Positions 35,727 to 45,306 of a stretch of 62,267 nucleotides of DNA are shown here, piece by piece (within the stretch, counting starts at the first letter, position 1; every line of letters starts with the position of its first letter). A program made the position numbers and the translations under genes. Source of the stretch: a virus. The notes below the pieces were generated by a model. It was not told the DNA's origin. It did not search any database and worked only from the letters and a program-made list of their open reading frames with translations. The stretch covers positions 1 to 62,267 of the IMG/VR virus record IMGVR_UViG_3300022902_000004, one strand, 5' to 3'.

Positions 35727-36482
35727 TCATGTCCACTGCTTTGGGTCAACTTCATCTCCAAGTTCGTCGTATATCGGGAGCCCGAACCCTGCAAGCATCG
35801 CTAATTTTTTGTCGACTGCTTTCGCCTGCGCCGGAATATAGCTGTCCTTGAAAAATGCGGGATTGAGACGAATTGCGACGGGTGTCCAGTTGGCAATGAT
35901 TCCTTCATTGGTTGCCCAAGAATCTGTAGCACCTTTGAATGATCCTTTGTCCAAAATGGTATTCATGTGCGAGCGGTCGTTCGACATTCTGCCACGCTTC
36001 GGGACGCCCGAGCTTTTATATTTTGCCCTGAGTTTTGGTGGCAGGTTGCTATATCCCGTGTACAAGTCGTCCATGTCATTTGATGCATACGTCGTGCGGC
36101 CCTTGATTTCGACACCAACTGTGCCCCAAGAACTCGATACGATCTCGCCTGGCGCGTAAAGGACGGCGGAAATCTCATCCTTGTGCCGACCTGGCGCTGC
36201 CACTCTGCCGACTGAGGTTTCGTTAACTCGCCGATATGAGAACCAATGAACCTTCGTTAATGAGTCGAAAAACGCATGGTCAGCTTCTTCTTTCCAAATT
36301 GTTTTTAGCGCCCGGGCATGCCGTTTCGGTTCGGCATCCTCAGGTCTATGAAATGTTGATGTCTCTTCGGTGTCGTTTGGGCCGTATGATGGCTCTCTGT
36401 GATTGTGCTCACCAGATCTGCTGACAAATGTTGCGTAATCTTCTTTTAGAAATTCGGCAATGAGCTCTCGTAATAGTTTCAT
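35727..36482 (-). CDS. Tandem paralog 3, ART-like domain with E-ending leader
   Basis: WKEEADH..KVHW..DEIS..NDM..SGVPKR..NEG; MKLLRELIAEFLKE. Confidence 0.65.
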   Translation of the reverse strand: MKLLRELIAEFLKEDYATFVSRSGEHNHREPSYGPNDTEETSTFHRPEDAEPKRHARALKTIWKEEADHAFFDSLTKVHWFSYRRVNETSVGRVAAPGRHKDEISAVLYAPGEIVSSSWGTVGVEIKGRTTYASNDMDDLYTGYSNLPPKLRAKYKSSGVPKRGRMSNDRSHMNTILDKGSFKGATDSWATNEGIIANWTPVAIRLNPAFFKDSYIPAQAKAVDKKLAMLAGFGLPIYDELGDEVDPKQWT

Positions 36483-37231
36483 AAGTTACCCACCGCGTGC
36501 CTTAGCACCTTCACATCATCGTATGACTTGATTTGCGTGTCGTTTTTATCGTAAACAGGTAGTCTCAGCTCATTCGCCACGCTTATTAATTGCGACCACC
36601 ATGCTTCATGCATCCACACCGCGCCTTCCATAAATCTAATTGCCACAACATACCAATTAGCTACTAATCCTTCATTTGTTTTCCATTGACTTTTCGTGTA
36701 TGAGCCGGCATCAAGTATATAGCCGGCGGATGTCTTTTTGTTGAAAACAAGCGGCCGCTTGGGCACACCAGAATTTTTGAATTTGTTTCTTATTTCCTGT
36801 GGCAAATTGCTATAGCCTGTATAGAGCGAATTCATATCATTCGCAGCAAGCGTGACATGTCCTTCGACTTGCAAACCGACATTGCCCCAATCATCATCAG
36901 GCGATTCTGTTTCATCGTACAGAATAACTGATATTTCATCTTTGTTTTGCCGACCTGTAACACGCCTGATTATTTTTTCGTGGTTCCTTGTTGGTGAAAT
37001 CCAGTGGATTTTTGTCAGCGAGTCAAAAAATGAATGGTCGGCCTCTTCTTTCCAGGTTGTCTTTATTTGCCTGGCCATATTCTTTTTACTTTTTTCGTCG
37101 GGCTTATCAAATGTCGAATAAGGGGTTAGCGTCGATGAATGTGATGAATACTTCATTCCATCAGTTCGTTGTTGGAACCCTGCTGCATCCTCCATGAGTA
37201 CTTCTCTAACAACATCATCGATTAAACTCAT
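36479..37231 (-). CDS. Tandem paralog 2, ART-like domain with E-ending leader
   Basis: Same motifs; MSLIDDVVREVLME. Confidence 0.65.
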   Translation of the reverse strand: MSLIDDVVREVLMEDAAGFQQRTDGMKYSSHSSTLTPYSTFDKPDEKSKKNMARQIKTTWKEEADHSFFDSLTKIHWISPTRNHEKIIRRVTGRQNKDEISVILYDETESPDDDWGNVGLQVEGHVTLAANDMNSLYTGYSNLPQEIRNKFKNSGVPKRPLVFNKKTSAGYILDAGSYTKSQWKTNEGLVANWYVVAIRFMEGAVWMHEAWWSQLISVANELRLPVYDKNDTQIKSYDDVKVLRHAVGNL

Positions 37232-37232
37232 T

Positions 37233-38489
37233 CTACACTTCCCACTGCGGCGGTTCAGCCTCTGTCACAATGTCGCCGTTGGGCGCATAAACCTTTAGCC
37301 CAACTTCTTCACAAAAGTCTAGAAGATGTTGCTGTACAGCTTCTGCAGCATCGAAAAAATCGACTGATATACGAATAGATACTAATTCCCAATTGGCAAT
37401 GATCCCTTCATTTCTTGATGTGTTTTTGAATGACCTTGCATCCAAAATATACTTTTCCATGGAATACTTGCTGGCCTTTGACGGCCTTTTTGGCACCCCT
37501 GAGCTTTTAAAAGAAGCCCTTACCGACTTTTTCAAATTGCCATACCCGGTAAACAACGAGTCCATGTCATTAGACGCGAGCGTAGTGCGCCCCTGTATTT
37601 GAAGACCTACAGGTCCCCATTTTGAATGTATGTTTCGAGTAGGTGAATACAGCGCCACTGATATTTCGTCTTTGTTCCTGCCGTTATTCATCGCTCGGTC
37701 GATTATGTGCATGGGCGATTTTGCTCGGTCTGTATCAAGCCAGTGAACCTTAATCAATGATGCGAAGAATGCATGATCGGCTTCTTCTTTCCAGACTGTT
37801 TTTATGTGGCGACTTTTCTTTTTTCTATCGGCATCATCGGGAGTTTCAAATGTCGTAAATTCACCGAAATTCTCCCGACTTTGATAGTAATTGTCGTCGA
37901 CTGTGCGCTTGATGAACGTTCGCAAATCTTCTTTCAGCGAAGGCTTCGCGGCGGCATTCTTCACTTTTGCAATCAATTCAGGCGTGAACCCGAAGAACAA
38001 ATCTGCTGCCTCAAACTGTTTCACTGTGAACCAGCGCTCACCTTTGGTTTCATGTTCAAACCCAGCGGCTGGTGCAGGATCCCATTCATCTTTTTCGGTT
38101 TTTGCCACCGTGGCGACGAATGTTTTATATTTGAAACCTCTGTCCTCATATAGATACGTGTCAATCACACGACTTTTTGGGACAGAACCACATTCTTCAC
38201 GAACTTCTTCAATAGCTTGCTTATAAAACCGCTTGCTGTCATCTGCAAGAACATGTTCTTTCGGGATGGGTACGGGCCATTTCTGTTCTCGCTGGCCTTC
38301 AACGTGGATACCACCTCCAGGGAAACCCCACTGGCCAGCGCCTCCCATAACATCATCAGCTCTATGTTGCAAGAATACGGTGCCGTCTTCTTGGCACACA
38401 AAAACAACGCCAGCACCTGCGATTCCCCAATATTGTTGTTGGGTTTCTTCTAGCAGGAGGCTGCGAACATATCGACGTAATGGATTCAT
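37233..38489 (-). CDS. Nudix hydrolase fused to tandem paralog 1 domain
   Basis: WGFPGGG..AIEEVREECG Nudix box; MNPLRRYVRSLLLEE; ATATTTA 38495-38501. Confidence 0.7.
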   Translation of the reverse strand: MNPLRRYVRSLLLEETQQQYWGIAGAGVVFVCQEDGTVFLQHRADDVMGGAGQWGFPGGGIHVEGQREQKWPVPIPKEHVLADDSKRFYKQAIEEVREECGSVPKSRVIDTYLYEDRGFKYKTFVATVAKTEKDEWDPAPAAGFEHETKGERWFTVKQFEAADLFFGFTPELIAKVKNAAAKPSLKEDLRTFIKRTVDDNYYQSRENFGEFTTFETPDDADRKKKSRHIKTVWKEEADHAFFASLIKVHWLDTDRAKSPMHIIDRAMNNGRNKDEISVALYSPTRNIHSKWGPVGLQIQGRTTLASNDMDSLFTGYGNLKKSVRASFKSSGVPKRPSKASKYSMEKYILDARSFKNTSRNEGIIANWELVSIRISVDFFDAAEAVQQHLLDFCEEVGLKVYAPNGDIVTEAEPPQWEV

Positions 38490-38530
38490 ATGACTAAATA
38501 TTGAAAGCGCTGTCATTTACTTATATTATT

Positions 38531-38620
38531 TGGTACCACCGGTGGGAGTCGAACCCACACGCCCAGTTAAGGACACCAGATTTTGAGTCTGGCATGTCTC
38601 ACCAATTCCATCACGGTGGC
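38531..38620 (-). tRNA. tRNA-Leu(CAA)
   Basis: CCAGA-CTCAAAA-TCTGG; variable arm; ACCA. Confidence 0.9.
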
Positions 38621-38627
38621 ATTTTGT

Positions 38628-38960
38628 TTAGTCGCCGTAATAGCGACCTGGGACACCATAGTAACTCGCCATGGCACTGTTAAACTTGGCTTGAGCGTCA
38701 AGATATGCTTGCGGACCAACAACGTCCCAAGACGTGCTACGTGGATCAGTAACAGGAGCCAACCGAGCATCAGGCCATTTCGTCATAAACTCCTGGCGCC
38801 AACTGTCAAGGTGCTCAGCAGACTTGACTGTCTGTGACGCGTGATGGCCAAGGAGTGGCAACATCATCTCTTGACCGGTGAACTCCATGGCTTCGATTGG
38901 GGTTCCGCCCTCAATCTGCTCACGGATAAGTTTTCTTAGTTGTGATTTTGTAACTTTCAT
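38628..38960 (-). CDS. Leader-family protein
   Basis: MKVTKSQLRKLIRE. Confidence 0.7.
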   Translation of the reverse strand: MKVTKSQLRKLIREQIEGGTPIEAMEFTGQEMMLPLLGHHASQTVKSAEHLDSWRQEFMTKWPDARLAPVTDPRSTSWDVVGPQAYLDAQAKFNSAMASYYGVPGRYYGD

Positions 38961-39951
38961 CGAACTATCCTTTCTTTTTGTTTCGTAGCCTTTCTAGCTT
39001 TTTCTTGATTTGTTGAACTTTTCGTGCCTGTATCATCGCAATGCTGTCCCTGAGCATGCCGTTCTCTTGTTGCAGTTTTTTGATTGAAAAATCCTTGTTG
39101 TGACAATCAATACAAAACGCCCGGCGCCAAAGAAGACAAACAAACAAGCCAGCGATAAACCCTACGAACGATGCGATGGTGACACTTACAAACATTTTTC
39201 ACCTTTGGTTCTCCCATGGCTCTAAATATTGGTAAGCCAACTTTCTAACTAGGTTTCGACAACTCCCAACCTTGCGACCTTCCTGTCCAAACGTTCGGTG
39301 GAATGTAACTCAGTTGGCCGAGTGCCCACAAATTCACGAGCTGCTTCGACACAATGTTGTCGATGGTCGCAGGTTGATCCGGACTGGACGCAGCAATCAT
39401 GGCCAGCATTGGACGTGGCATTGCGGTGTTATTCGCGAATGCCATCTCACCGATGGCCTCTTTAGCACCTGCAGCCATCTTTTCAGCCTCATCGGCCTCA
39501 TCGTCATAGCAAAACACGTTGGCAACCATATTAGTAACTTCCATTGTCTTTACACTTCCCTCGGCATGCCTTCTTAGCAGCCGCTTTTTTGCGATTTCCG
39601 AATGCGCCAGCTCGACGCTGGTGAGCATCTACAGCATGCGGGTTCCGTGGAAGGCGCAATTCAACTTTTTGTTTCTTTCGGTTCTTCATGTCTCTTTCCC
39701 CCTGCCTGTAAATATTATACCACAGTGTGATACGTTTTACACGTGCAGGAAAAAATAGTTATTCGTCTCCGCGGATTATCATCCCGCCGTTCTCTAAAAG
39801 GCCATTCACTGCGAGTTTCGTCAGCCAAAAAAGATCGCCCTCGTTGAAAAACCGAAACATATTGCGGCGTTCTTCGATACAAACCAATGACCTCGACTGT
39901 CCGGATTCATCAGGAGCAAGAACCAAGGCATCATTGACCTGCAATACAAGC

Positions 39952-40200
39952 TCAGGCAGCATCATCTTCGGCCGCCTTCACCAGGCAATCAGGGCATGTT
40001 AGTTTCGCAGATCCGGGTGAGACTTTCACACTCCACTCATCCAATTGTTCTGGGTGCTCCCGGGGATTGAACTCAGCCCCACACTCGACACAACCGTTGG
40101 GCATGGCATCCATCAATTGCTTGATTTCCTTTGCAGCCTTGTTGGCGTTTTTCCGTTTGCGCTTGTCTTGGTTGCGCTTGACCTGTCGAGCAAAGCTCAT
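39952..40200 (-). CDS. Small zinc-ribbon protein
   Basis: CVEC..CPDC; RBS AAGGAG. Confidence 0.6.
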   Translation of the reverse strand: MSFARQVKRNQDKRKRKNANKAAKEIKQLMDAMPNGCVECGAEFNPREHPEQLDEWSVKVSPGSAKLTCPDCLVKAAEDDAA

Positions 40201-40299
40201 TTGTACTCCTTTAGGGTATCTAGGTTGACCCGTATACGTCCGAAATCCTATGTGAGTGGATTACTCCACCCATGGCAAACGAATGCCCATGTGACCATT

Positions 40300-41142
40300 C
40301 TATTCAACCAACTGCAATTGTTCAACAACCGGCTTTTCGGCATCAAAAACAACAGCCACACGATTTGTCACCGTCGTCAGCTTAGGCATACTCACATTAG
40401 CAATCCTGTGTCGCGTCACCTTTCCCTCAAGGAATGTGGCACGACCGTCCCCATCTTTGCACTTCGCCAAGATTTTTGCAATCGCGGCGTCACTGAGTTC
40501 CGCTTCATACGTCTCACGCTGAACATACGTTCCTCGCTTCCAGGCAACCTTCAAATCATTCCAGTTTACCTGGTGGTAGCCCATCAAGAGATCCTGCACC
40601 TGGCTCACGTTTTTGCCCTGAAGCTCCTTGTGGCTGAAGTAGTGGTTCGCCAGCATGCTTACGCTGTTCCTGGCTGCATCAAGCTCGCGCCAGATTAGCA
40701 CGTTGACGGCTTCATCCTTGCTTGGAACCTGAAATGCCCGGCAGTCGAACATTGCAATCGTTCCCGGATCTCTCTGCAACGCAGTCTCGCGGCAGTCATT
40801 GAAATAGCCTGTCGCCATCGACGCCAGAATCGATGTCATCTTTTGCACACGCCCATTGAGATAGATTTCTGATTTCGGCTTGTCCTGCAGGTAAATCAGG
40901 GTGATTTCATCAGACTGCGTGTAGCCAATCCTTGCGCCTGTCTGCTCAACAAGGTAATGCGTTGTTAACACCATCAAGTCGGTGAAACCCGCATCGAACG
41001 GCTTCTCCATGTTCTTGGTGAACTTGCTGAATCGCTTGCCATCCAGTCGAACCACCACCGGGATTCCCGGGATGAATGACCTCTTGGTCTCACGGGCCTC
41101 ATAACCCTTGATTCGATCTCCTAGTCCTGTTCCCTTACTCAT
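40300..41142 (-). CDS. thg1: Thg1-like protein (tRNA-His guanylyltransferase / 3'-5' polymerase)
   Basis: VVRLDGKRFSKFT, YTQSDEI, FDCR, WRELDA.RNS, KRG. Confidence 0.9.
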   Translation of the reverse strand: MSKGTGLGDRIKGYEARETKRSFIPGIPVVVRLDGKRFSKFTKNMEKPFDAGFTDLMVLTTHYLVEQTGARIGYTQSDEITLIYLQDKPKSEIYLNGRVQKMTSILASMATGYFNDCRETALQRDPGTIAMFDCRAFQVPSKDEAVNVLIWRELDAARNSVSMLANHYFSHKELQGKNVSQVQDLLMGYHQVNWNDLKVAWKRGTYVQRETYEAELSDAAIAKILAKCKDGDGRATFLEGKVTRHRIANVSMPKLTTVTNRVAVVFDAEKPVVEQLQLVE

Positions 41143-41429
41143 TTCGTCTCCTTTTTTAGTTTGCTCTTGCCCAAGTCGGATAGAAATCCGCGGACAATAT
41201 GTTTCTTGCGGTTTTTTGTGAAGGCCGTCGGCCGAGAGCGTCGCTTGTTTCCACGTCGTTCCTGGATGATTTTCTCGGCTCGACGCATCAGTTTTCGCCA
41301 TTTTCGCTTTGCAGCCCTGGCATCCTCAGGGGACATTTTCGCCAGTTCTTCTTTGATGTCACAATCAGGAAAAAGAACACCGGACTCAAGAGCTCCCATG
41401 CGCTCAAAAAATTGTCGATCAATTTTCAT
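41139..41429 (-). CDS. Hypothetical basic protein
   Basis: Overlaps thg1 start. Confidence 0.5.
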   Translation of the reverse strand: MKIDRQFFERMGALESGVLFPDCDIKEELAKMSPEDARAAKRKWRKLMRRAEKIIQERRGNKRRSRPTAFTKNRKKHIVRGFLSDLGKSKLKKETK

Positions 41430-41446
41430 TTTTCAGTCCTGTACAG

Positions 41447-41453
41447 ATATTTA
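41447..41453 (+). promoter_or_regulatory. ATAYTTA promoter-like motif (representative)
   Basis: 5 nt before ATG of a plus-strand gene; same motif on minus strand before more than 15 genes. Confidence 0.6.
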
Positions 41454-41458
41454 GATTC

Positions 41459-41851
41459 ATGCTACAACCACCACAAGCACATGAAGGCTTCGTTCCTGCT
41501 TACCAACGATCAGCGTTGCCATATGTAACGTCGTCGATTCTGGCATCATCTGGTTCAATTCACTCATACACATTTGATTATGTCACCAGGTTTTTTACTG
41601 TGAAAAACACAGGTGGAACTGACGGTGACACAATCAATGTGGCATTTACTAGCAACGGTTTTGAATCAGGCAATTCGTTTCGTCTCGTTCGTGGTGAGTC
41701 GTTCGACGAAGAAATTCGCTGCGTGAAATTGTTTGTGTCATGTTCCGCCGGTTCGTTAGTAAACTATGAACTCATTGCTGGTTTGACAAACATACCTTTC
41801 AAAAACTTCAACGTCCTCACAGGCTCTAATGGCTGGAAGGGCGTAGGCTAG
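41459..41851 (+). CDS. Hypothetical beta-rich protein (possibly virion-associated)
   Basis: Fills gap between minus-strand genes; own ATATTTA motif. Confidence 0.65.
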   Translation: MLQPPQAHEGFVPAYQRSALPYVTSSILASSGSIHSYTFDYVTRFFTVKNTGGTDGDTINVAFTSNGFESGNSFRLVRGESFDEEIRCVKLFVSCSAGSLVNYELIAGLTNIPFKNFNVLTGSNGWKGVG

Positions 41852-42243
41852 TCCTGCCAGCGGTCAATCATTCGCTGGATGGCGAATTCAGGAACATTGT
41901 GGGTATTCCGCTCGACAGCAACCTTGACATCGATCAACGGTAATACCTCGAACTGGACATCATATCCAAACTCGGCAGCCCGAGTCACGTATTCCTTATA
42001 GTCACGGTGTCGAACGTTGGTGTTGTCAACGATCACAGGCGAGAGCTCTTTCTCAAGAGAGTCCTCAAAGTTTGAAAGGTTCAACGAGTGATTCCGACCG
42101 AGCAGCTTCGGATTGAACTTGTACTCACCATCGACCATGAACAGGTCATCGGTCGAATGAATGATGCCCTCAGCAACAAGCTCACGAGCACGAGTCGACT
42201 TGCCTGAACCTGGGATTCCCCTCATAATAATGACACGCTTCAT
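41848..42243 (-). CDS. P-loop kinase, polynucleotide-kinase-like (AAA_33)
   Basis: MRGIPGSGKST, VIVDNTN, RNTHNVP. Confidence 0.85.
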   Translation of the reverse strand: MKRVIIMRGIPGSGKSTRARELVAEGIIHSTDDLFMVDGEYKFNPKLLGRNHSLNLSNFEDSLEKELSPVIVDNTNVRHRDYKEYVTRAAEFGYDVQFEVLPLIDVKVAVERNTHNVPEFAIQRMIDRWQD

Positions 42244-42265
42244 ACTCCCCTCCATTATGCTTCAA

Positions 42266-43417
42266 TTATATCATACGTGACGTCGTTTTACACGACCTCT
42301 TATGCTTTTCAAGCTCAGACGACACGATGTCGACAGACAAATCGTCCAACCATCGCATGTCAACCCGCTTGGGCAACGACGAATCTACTGCCAAACCGGA
42401 CAATGCATCCTTTTCGTCACGGAATTTCGACATCAACTCGTCAAACTTGACCTCACCGTTGCGGATGGCAAGAACATACGGGTTCGGGTCGTAAACGTGC
42501 AAATCGCCAGACTCGAAGATTGTGCGACAAGCGATGGTGAGACGCCACAAATGTGCAGCATGTTTCACATCGTACCCGATCTTCTTCTCCATCCCAGCCC
42601 GCTTCTTATTGCGACCCTTCTTCCAGGCATTGAACGATTTCCACTTGTCACGAGCCATATCGTACTGACGCTGCTTCTGAACGAAATCGATGAAGTTGGT
42701 TTCGTACCCCAGCAAATTGCATGCTGCAGTGAATTTCTCGTCAGTTCCTACGCCGACCTCAGCCAATTGCTTGTAAAGCTGGTCGTTGATAAAGATCTTC
42801 GTTGCCTCATCCACATCCTTGAAGTCGATGCACCAATGGTCAACCTGCTTCTTGGCAGCCCTGATGGCAGCCATGATTTGATCCTTTGGGTATGCATGTT
42901 GTGCTGGAAGACCAAACTCTTCTCGAGTCGGTTCGTGCTCCAATGGGTTCAGCAGCCACTTTCGATGTGTTTCGATGCGGTGTGCCTGAGATGTTGCATA
43001 CCCGATGAATGTGTGGAGGCACTTCTTCGTCAAAAAACGGTGCCGAACATTGCGGAGGTGGCGGCCAGCTGCTGTCGCGTAGATTACGTCTTCATCACGG
43101 GTAAACAGCACATCGAGGATGTTCGGGTTTGCACCGGCGGCCAAGGCCAAGAACTTCCTTACCTCGAAAACCGTCCCCTCCATCCCATGAAGCGAGGCGA
43201 CTTCTTTCAACGCAGGCGTCAGGTCGCCCCAAAACGATTCCTCGACAAGCAGTGCTTCCTGAACCTGCTCGATTGTTTTGGTGCCCATGTAGTATTCTTT
43301 TGGTGGAACCATAACACCCTTCACATCAAGATCTGACGTGGGCGTTTCCATTCCATACGCTCGGGATCCTGCTACCGTGAGGAGGATCGCATGCTTACGC
43401 AAATCGAAGTTTGTCAT
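42266..43417 (-). CDS. Pol-beta-superfamily nucleotidyltransferase
   Basis: GSRAYG..SDLDVKG, NPN, YDVKHAAHLWRL. Confidence 0.85.
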   Translation of the reverse strand: MTNFDLRKHAILLTVAGSRAYGMETPTSDLDVKGVMVPPKEYYMGTKTIEQVQEALLVEESFWGDLTPALKEVASLHGMEGTVFEVRKFLALAAGANPNILDVLFTRDEDVIYATAAGRHLRNVRHRFLTKKCLHTFIGYATSQAHRIETHRKWLLNPLEHEPTREEFGLPAQHAYPKDQIMAAIRAAKKQVDHWCIDFKDVDEATKIFINDQLYKQLAEVGVGTDEKFTAACNLLGYETNFIDFVQKQRQYDMARDKWKSFNAWKKGRNKKRAGMEKKIGYDVKHAAHLWRLTIACRTIFESGDLHVYDPNPYVLAIRNGEVKFDELMSKFRDEKDALSGLAVDSSLPKRVDMRWLDDLSVDIVSSELEKHKRSCKTTSRMI

Positions 43418-43481
43418 TTTTGACCTCTGTTCCTGTCACCGTTCCTGGCAACATGTCTATTGTATCACGCTTTTTTGATTC

Positions 43482-43979
43482 TTACACAGATCTGGCGAGG
43501 GTGTCAGCTCGTTTTAGCAACGTTGGCATTCGAAATGGACCGGCCATCGAGGCAACCAGTTCGGCAGCTTCTTCATTGTCAAACATGTTACCCGTTGATG
43601 TGATGTATATCGGTCGTGCATCACCCCTAGAGAGCGCAAAACCGTCGTCGTTTATGAACCTTGACTTTGCAACCCCAACAACCTCTGCCATTCCTGAGTG
43701 TGCATCGTAAAGATACCGGCCGAGTCCTGGCTTTTCACCAAGATCGACATATCCATCAATGACAATAACCTCTGGACAAAATCCAAATGCATCAATCACT
43801 TTTTCAATACATGGAAGTTCGCGCTTGTAGAACTCACCTGGAACATATTCACCGTACTCTGACGATTCCAGTCGACAGGTCACTTCCTGTTTCGCGACTT
43901 CGGAGTCCCAATTCTCAAACAGAACCCCTGCCACGATGGCATAGTCATCATAATACTGAACGTCTACTGCTAAAATCAT
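43482..43979 (-). CDS. nfi: Endonuclease V
   Basis: AVDVQY, YVPGEFYKRELP, IDGY, GVAKS, PTLLKRAD. Confidence 0.9.
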   Translation of the reverse strand: MILAVDVQYYDDYAIVAGVLFENWDSEVAKQEVTCRLESSEYGEYVPGEFYKRELPCIEKVIDAFGFCPEVIVIDGYVDLGEKPGLGRYLYDAHSGMAEVVGVAKSRFINDDGFALSRGDARPIYITSTGNMFDNEEAAELVASMAGPFRMPTLLKRADTLARSV

Positions 43980-44533
43980 GTTCGTTTGTCTCCAAAAACA
44001 ATCTCTTCAAAGGAGACCGGCCGAAATCCTCGTACGTCTTGACCAACATTGTAAATGTCGATGGGGGCGATAAATTCAGGCTCATTACGTCGTTTTGTCT
44101 TGTAGGCCGGAACCACTGTCCCCTTCTTCATGACTGTCCACTTATCGTGAACATGACCACAGAACGCGTAATCTTCGCCACCCAGGGCATGAATTGGATT
44201 ATGGACCAGTTCAATCGAACCATGCGGTGTTACTGTCACTATACGTTGGTGAACCTCGTGAAATACGTCAGCGAGCCCGGCAGTATAGTCGTGATTCCCC
44301 TGAATCAGGATGATTCGCCCATTCAGTTGCTTGACATACTCCGGGAGGTGCCGGCGGTTTCCCATGGCGACATCACCAAGATGGAATACGTCGTCATCAG
44401 GTCGCACGACCGCGTTCCAATTTGCAATCATCGATTCATTCATTTGATCGATATTGTAATACGGCCGATTGCAATACTTGATGATGTTCTTATGCGAAAA
44501 ATGTGTGTCGCTTGTATACCATGTTTTCTTCAT
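43976..44533 (-). CDS. Calcineurin-like metallophosphoesterase
   Basis: SDTHF, HLGD, GNHD, GHVH. Confidence 0.9.
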   Translation of the reverse strand: MKKTWYTSDTHFSHKNIIKYCNRPYYNIDQMNESMIANWNAVVRPDDDVFHLGDVAMGNRRHLPEYVKQLNGRIILIQGNHDYTAGLADVFHEVHQRIVTVTPHGSIELVHNPIHALGGEDYAFCGHVHDKWTVMKKGTVVPAYKTKRRNEPEFIAPIDIYNVGQDVRGFRPVSFEEIVFGDKRT

Positions 44534-44859
44534 ACTCTACTTTCCTAGTTTCTTCTTTTCTTTAGCGGCCTCACGGGCGATGAACCGATTAACCTTGCTT
44601 TGCTGAGCCGCAGTGGGAACCGGAATGATTGCCGTGAACAGGGCCATTCGAAGACCGCTGAACTCACCGAGGCTTGCAAACGTGAAACATGGCAGCTCAC
44701 TGTTCAGGTTGATTGCCGTGATTTTTCCCGTGGCGACTTCGCCGTTCGGGTACATATGGCACCAGACTTTTTGACCGACTTTCCAGCCTTCATACTCCTG
44801 AGGACCTTTCGGTGTGTCAATCTTCAGCTTTTTCTTGTTGGTTTTCATCGTGGTCCCCT

Positions 44860-45231
44860 TTATTCGCAAGCCTGCCATTTTTCAACGAACTGCACGAGCT
44901 TTAACAACTCAGCACATTCGGCGATACCAATCTCGGGTAGTTCCATCAAGAACTTCAACTTCAGGCCTTCCATGTCGACCTCGATTGCGTCGCTTTCGTC
45001 GCCCACTGTCTCAATGAGGAAAGACTTGACCCTAAAAAGCTGGGTTGGTTTGAGTGTATAACCCGAACTCGTTTGACCCATACGGTCTTCGATGATCATT
45101 TTTGCCTCACGAAGACCGTATGGGTGGTGAGTCCTCAGAACCTTGATTGCACCAATCTTTTTTGATGCAGCAAGCTGCGCATCGATGTCACGTAGGACTT
45201 TGTGGGGAACTCGAATAGTCGTAAGCATCAC
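44860..45231 (-). CDS. Ribosomal protein L7/L12 C-terminal-like domain protein
   Basis: KIGAIKVLR...GLREAKMIIE. Confidence 0.55.
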   Translation of the reverse strand: MMLTTIRVPHKVLRDIDAQLAASKKIGAIKVLRTHHPYGLREAKMIIEDRMGQTSSGYTLKPTQLFRVKSFLIETVGDESDAIEVDMEGLKLKFLMELPEIGIAECAELLKLVQFVEKWQACE

Positions 45232-45306
45232 AATCCTTGTTTATGTTCCGGCAGAGTAGCCACCGGAACATAAACATTATACCACGTTTAGAGGCCTTTT
45301 ACACGT

